Positions 60,401-64,000 of a stretch of 64,000 nucleotides of DNA are shown here, one piece after another. The DNA lies in the NCBI GenBank assembly GCA_028534125.1, contig CM052818.1, positions 31,746,001-31,810,000 on the forward strand, in the 5' to 3' direction. This DNA comes from Lama glama (taxonomy: Eukaryota). The notes beneath the pieces are model-generated. The model did not search any database, was not told the DNA's origin, and worked only from the letters and a program-made list of their open reading frames with translations. The position numbers and the translations under genes are program-made. Each line of letters opens with the position of its first letter. The first letter of the stretch is position 1.

Positions 60401-62300
60401 TTCAAAGACACAAATAAGACGTGAAGAAAATACCATGCAAACAGTAACCATAAGAGAACTGGAGTGGTTATGAATAACATCAGATAAATTAGGCTTGGAG
60501 ACAACAACTACAACTAGAGACAATGAGGGAAATTTCTAATGATACAAGGATGAATACATCAGGAAGATTCTACAATTATAAACACCTAACAATAGAATTC
60601 CAAAATACCTAAAGCAAAAAAGTGACAGAATTGAAAGGAGTAATAATAGACAATTTGGCAAGAATAGTGGAAGATTTCAATAACTCACTATTAATAATAG
60701 ATATAGTTAAGAGAATTAATAAGGATATAGAAGACTTAACCAGCTATTTACAAAATGTGCCACCCAATACACACAGTTTTTAAGTGCAAATAGAATATTC
60801 TTTGGGGTAGAGTTTATGCTAGGCCATAAAGCAAGTCCTAATAAATTTACAAGGATTGAAATCATAGAAAATACGTTCTCCCCCTGCAACAGTAATAAAT
60901 TAAAAATTTGCAATAGAAAGAAATCTTAAAAATTCCCCAGTATTGAAAATGAAACATACTTCTAAATAACCTGTAGGTTGAAGAAATCACAGGAGAAATT
61001 AGGAAATATTTATTAGAAATAAATAAAATTAAAATAACACAACATGTAAGTTTTAGGCTGCAGCTAAAGCAGTGTTTAGAAGAAAATTTATAGCTTTAAA
61101 ATGCTTATATTAGAAAGAAAGATCTAAAGCCAACAATCTAATTTCTACTTCAAGAAGTTAGAAACATGAGAACAAGTCAAATCAAAATAACTAGAAGGAA
61201 AGAAATAATACATTTTCAATGAAATAGAAAACCAAACAGCAATAGAGAAAATCAATGAAACCAAAAAGCTGGTTCCTTGAAAAGATTTTTCCTTTTCAGA
61301 CATTTAGCTAGACTGACGTAGAAAATGAGAGAAAACACAAGTTGTCAAAAAAAAAAAAGAATAAAAAAGGGATATTGCTAGAAATGCTACAAGAGTTAAA
61401 GGAAGAATAAGGGAATATTATAAATCACTTTATGCCAACAAAATCAACAATTTATATAAAATGAGCAGATTCCTAGACAGACACAAATTATCACACTGAC
61501 TCAATAATAAATAGAAAATTTTAACAGGCATAGAAAGAGCAAAAAATTTGAATTAGTAATTAAAAATCATCCCACAAATATAAGCCCAGGCCTAGATGAA
61601 TTGAATTCAGTGCTGAATTCAATTAAATGTATGCCAATATTACACAAACCCTTTCAGAAAATAGAGAAGAGAATATTTCTCAACTCATTCTTTGGGGCCA
61701 GTATTACCTTGACACCAACCAGACAATGACATTACAAGGAAAGAAAACTACAGAGCATTAGTTTTTATGAAAATAAAAGCAAAAATCATCAGCAAACTAA
61801 ATCCAGTAACATAAAAAAGGATTATGCACAGTGACCACATGAGATTTATTTCAGGAATCGAAATGAATCAGAGACTCGAATGTGAAAAACAAAACCACAC
61901 AAGTGCTAGAGTAAAACATGAGTGAATTCTGCTGTGACTTGGGTTTATTCTTATTAATTGTGTTTTGCATTTTGACTGTAAAATTCAGGTTTAATAACAG
62001 AAAAGATTGATAAATTTGACTACATCAAAATATAAGAAAAACTTTTCAATGATAGATGTATGCAACTTGACCCATAATAGAAATTAAAATAAAAAATATA
62101 CTGAGACACTGTTTTTCATCCTTCAGAATTAGGATTGGAAAACAGAAATTCTTATTCATTGCTGATAGGAATGTGAAAAAGTACAGTCTCTCTAAAGAGA
62201 ATTTGGTAATATCTAACAAAACTACATACATATTTATTTACCTTTGATCCAGATACCCTTTGAAATACACCACCAACAGTAAAGAATACATTAGTTCTAG
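57440..62300 (+). mobile_element. Old L1 ORF2 remnant (57440-58051 and 61863-62300) hosting a second L1
   Basis: ORF2 collinearity resumes across the insert: 'aatttcagatggatcagag' then 'atgaatcagagactcgaatgtgaaaa'. Confidence 0.7.
58052..61862 (+). mobile_element. Old L1 with 5'UTR, decayed ORF1 (about 59040-59900) and ORF2 endonuclease region, 3'-truncated
   Basis: ORF1-like 'agaattcattgctaatagaccttccctacaagaa'; EN-like 'gatccaattatatgctatttgtaagag' and 'atagtggaagatttcaataactcac'. Confidence 0.85.
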
Positions 62301-62879
62301 AGTATGCATTACTTCCTTTTCCTTCACCTTTCAATTTCTGTGAGCTGAATCATTCATTTCTAAAGTTGAGAGTACCTATATTATATTTTGGAATTATAAT
62401 TAAGTTTTCTTTGACTTTGCTGTAAGTTAATTCCAAAAGTGAAAGCCAACACAAAGCTTTGATGTTATTGTGAGGAGGTGCTGGCTGTTTATTGCAGAGC
62501 CAAGTTCTATGCTCTGATTATAGTTCTTTCTCTGTAGTTGCAATGTCTTTTACTCTTGTGCAACTTAAGGGGAAAATCCTCAATGAATTTTTTTCTTACA
62601 TTCCACCAGTTGCTGAAAATCATGTCATATTTAAGCTGATTTCATATTTGGGCTTTGCCTTTCTTGTTCTTACTCCTCTTCTACTGTCATCCTGAAATTA
62701 TGAATTGTGTTACATTTCTCTTGTTAAGGGAAGAAATGCACAACTTTTCACCTTACTCCTTTTACTTGTCTGTCTGTTCGAAATCAGGTTCATTTCTTCA
62801 AGGACAATAATCTCCTGTTCTGTGTTGAGCCAGTTGCTTCATATTTGGACCATAATTTTCCTGAGAGCTTTTCATTTTT

Positions 62880-63830
62880 TCTTGGAGTAAGTGCCTTTCT
62901 TTATTTCCTCCCATGCTTTTTATGTTTTTAGCATTCCTAATGTGTTTCTTTCACCCTTGGTTTTTTTCTATTTGTTTGTTTTTGTGGTTTGTTTTTAATT
63001 CAAATCTTCCTTCTTAGAGGTCTCAGTCTCCCTGATCCATTCTTCACTGGTTGCTAGGCCAGTGAAGCTGTCACATTAGGATTTTTTAAAGTTGTTATCC
63101 TTTGTTGCATCCCATTATTATCCTGGGTCCCATAGCTCCCTCTTTCTTTATTTCCATCCCTAATTTGTTGAACTATATCCTAATGTAACTTTTAAAAGAG
63201 GATACATGGAATATTAAGTTTCTGAGGTTTTGTATGTATCAAAATACTTTTATTCTTCTTTCATACTTGGATTTATCAATTTTCTGGTTATAAGAACTCT
63301 AGATTAAAATAATTTATCATCAGCCTTTAAGATATTCTTCGTCATATTCTAGCATCCAACATTCCTGATGAGAAATATGGTGTCAACTTGGATTTTTTTT
63401 TATATGTAAACATTCCCCCCCACCCCCTAGCCCCCGCTTCTCGACAGTTTTATTAGCTTCTGTTAGGCTTGGTGCTCATGTGTCTGGATGTGGGACAGTT
63501 TCTTTCTTCCTCCTTGAACACTATACTTTATCTATTAAGAGGCCTTTCAATTGAACCTAGACTTTCTGAATTGACCACTAAGTCTCTTTTCTCTCACCAT
63601 CACATTGGTGTTTTTGTTCTACATCCTCAAAGTATATACTTTCAGACTTAACTTTATTTTCTAATGATTCTGTTTATTTATTTATTTTTTACTTTGGAGA
63701 AATTATATTTTTAATTTCCAAGAGATCTTTATTTTCTCTGATATTTAAAAAAATGGCACTCTGATCTTGCTTTATTAGTTCAGTATTTTCTTGAATTCTA
63801 CTGGTGACATTTTATTTTAATCTTGATGTT
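62880..63830 (-). mobile_element. Highly decayed old L1 fragment
   Basis: T-rich reverse ORF1-region motifs 'ttttattcttctttcatacttgg...ttctggttataagaactctagatt' and 'ctgatgagaaat'. Confidence 0.55.
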
Positions 63831-64000
63831 TCCTTATTATGCTGCTGGCTTTGCTTGCTTTCAGGCTTTGCCCAGTCATTTTTTGATTTAGGCTGGAAAA
63901 AGATTGGAAATTCTCCGTTCTTGTCTGGGCTTGACTGGCAGCTTTCCTGAGGGTATAGAATCTTGGAAGCCCTATCCTGAAGGCTTTCCAAAGGCCCAAA

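Noticed and set aside
1..64000. CRISPR array, prokaryotic operon, tRNA or rRNA genes
   Set aside because: The sequence is mammalian and repeat-rich; no regularly spaced direct repeats or structured RNA genes were seen

Overview
Mammalian non-coding genomic DNA, intronic or intergenic. It is most likely from a camelid, inferred from the youngest L1 3' ends ('aacattttttattgatttataatcattttacaatgttgtgtca'), which I recognise as camelid-type. I find no intact protein-coding gene, RNA gene or CRISPR array. The listed ORFs are repeat-derived or chance. A large part of the window is layered transposable-element debris: L2, MIR, CR1/L3, ERVL/MaLR solo LTRs, hAT DNA transposons and several generations of L1. 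Several insertions still have clear target-site duplications (TSDs). The most notable structures are: (i) a 3'-truncated class III endogenous retrovirus (LTR52-like LTR, tRNA-Ser primer site, decayed PR-RT-RNaseH) abutting a Charlie1 hAT element that is itself split by an L1 pile; (ii) three dispersed copies of an L1 3' end in which the normal tail is replaced, at one shared junction, by an ancient L1ME-like tail; (iii) poly(A)-only insertions with TSDs; (iv) a G-rich degenerate decamer array; and (v) a CpG-enriched unique island with a splice donor near the window start. Repeat family names come from recalled consensus sequences, not database searches, and most boundaries are approximate. I found no convincing novel gene system.
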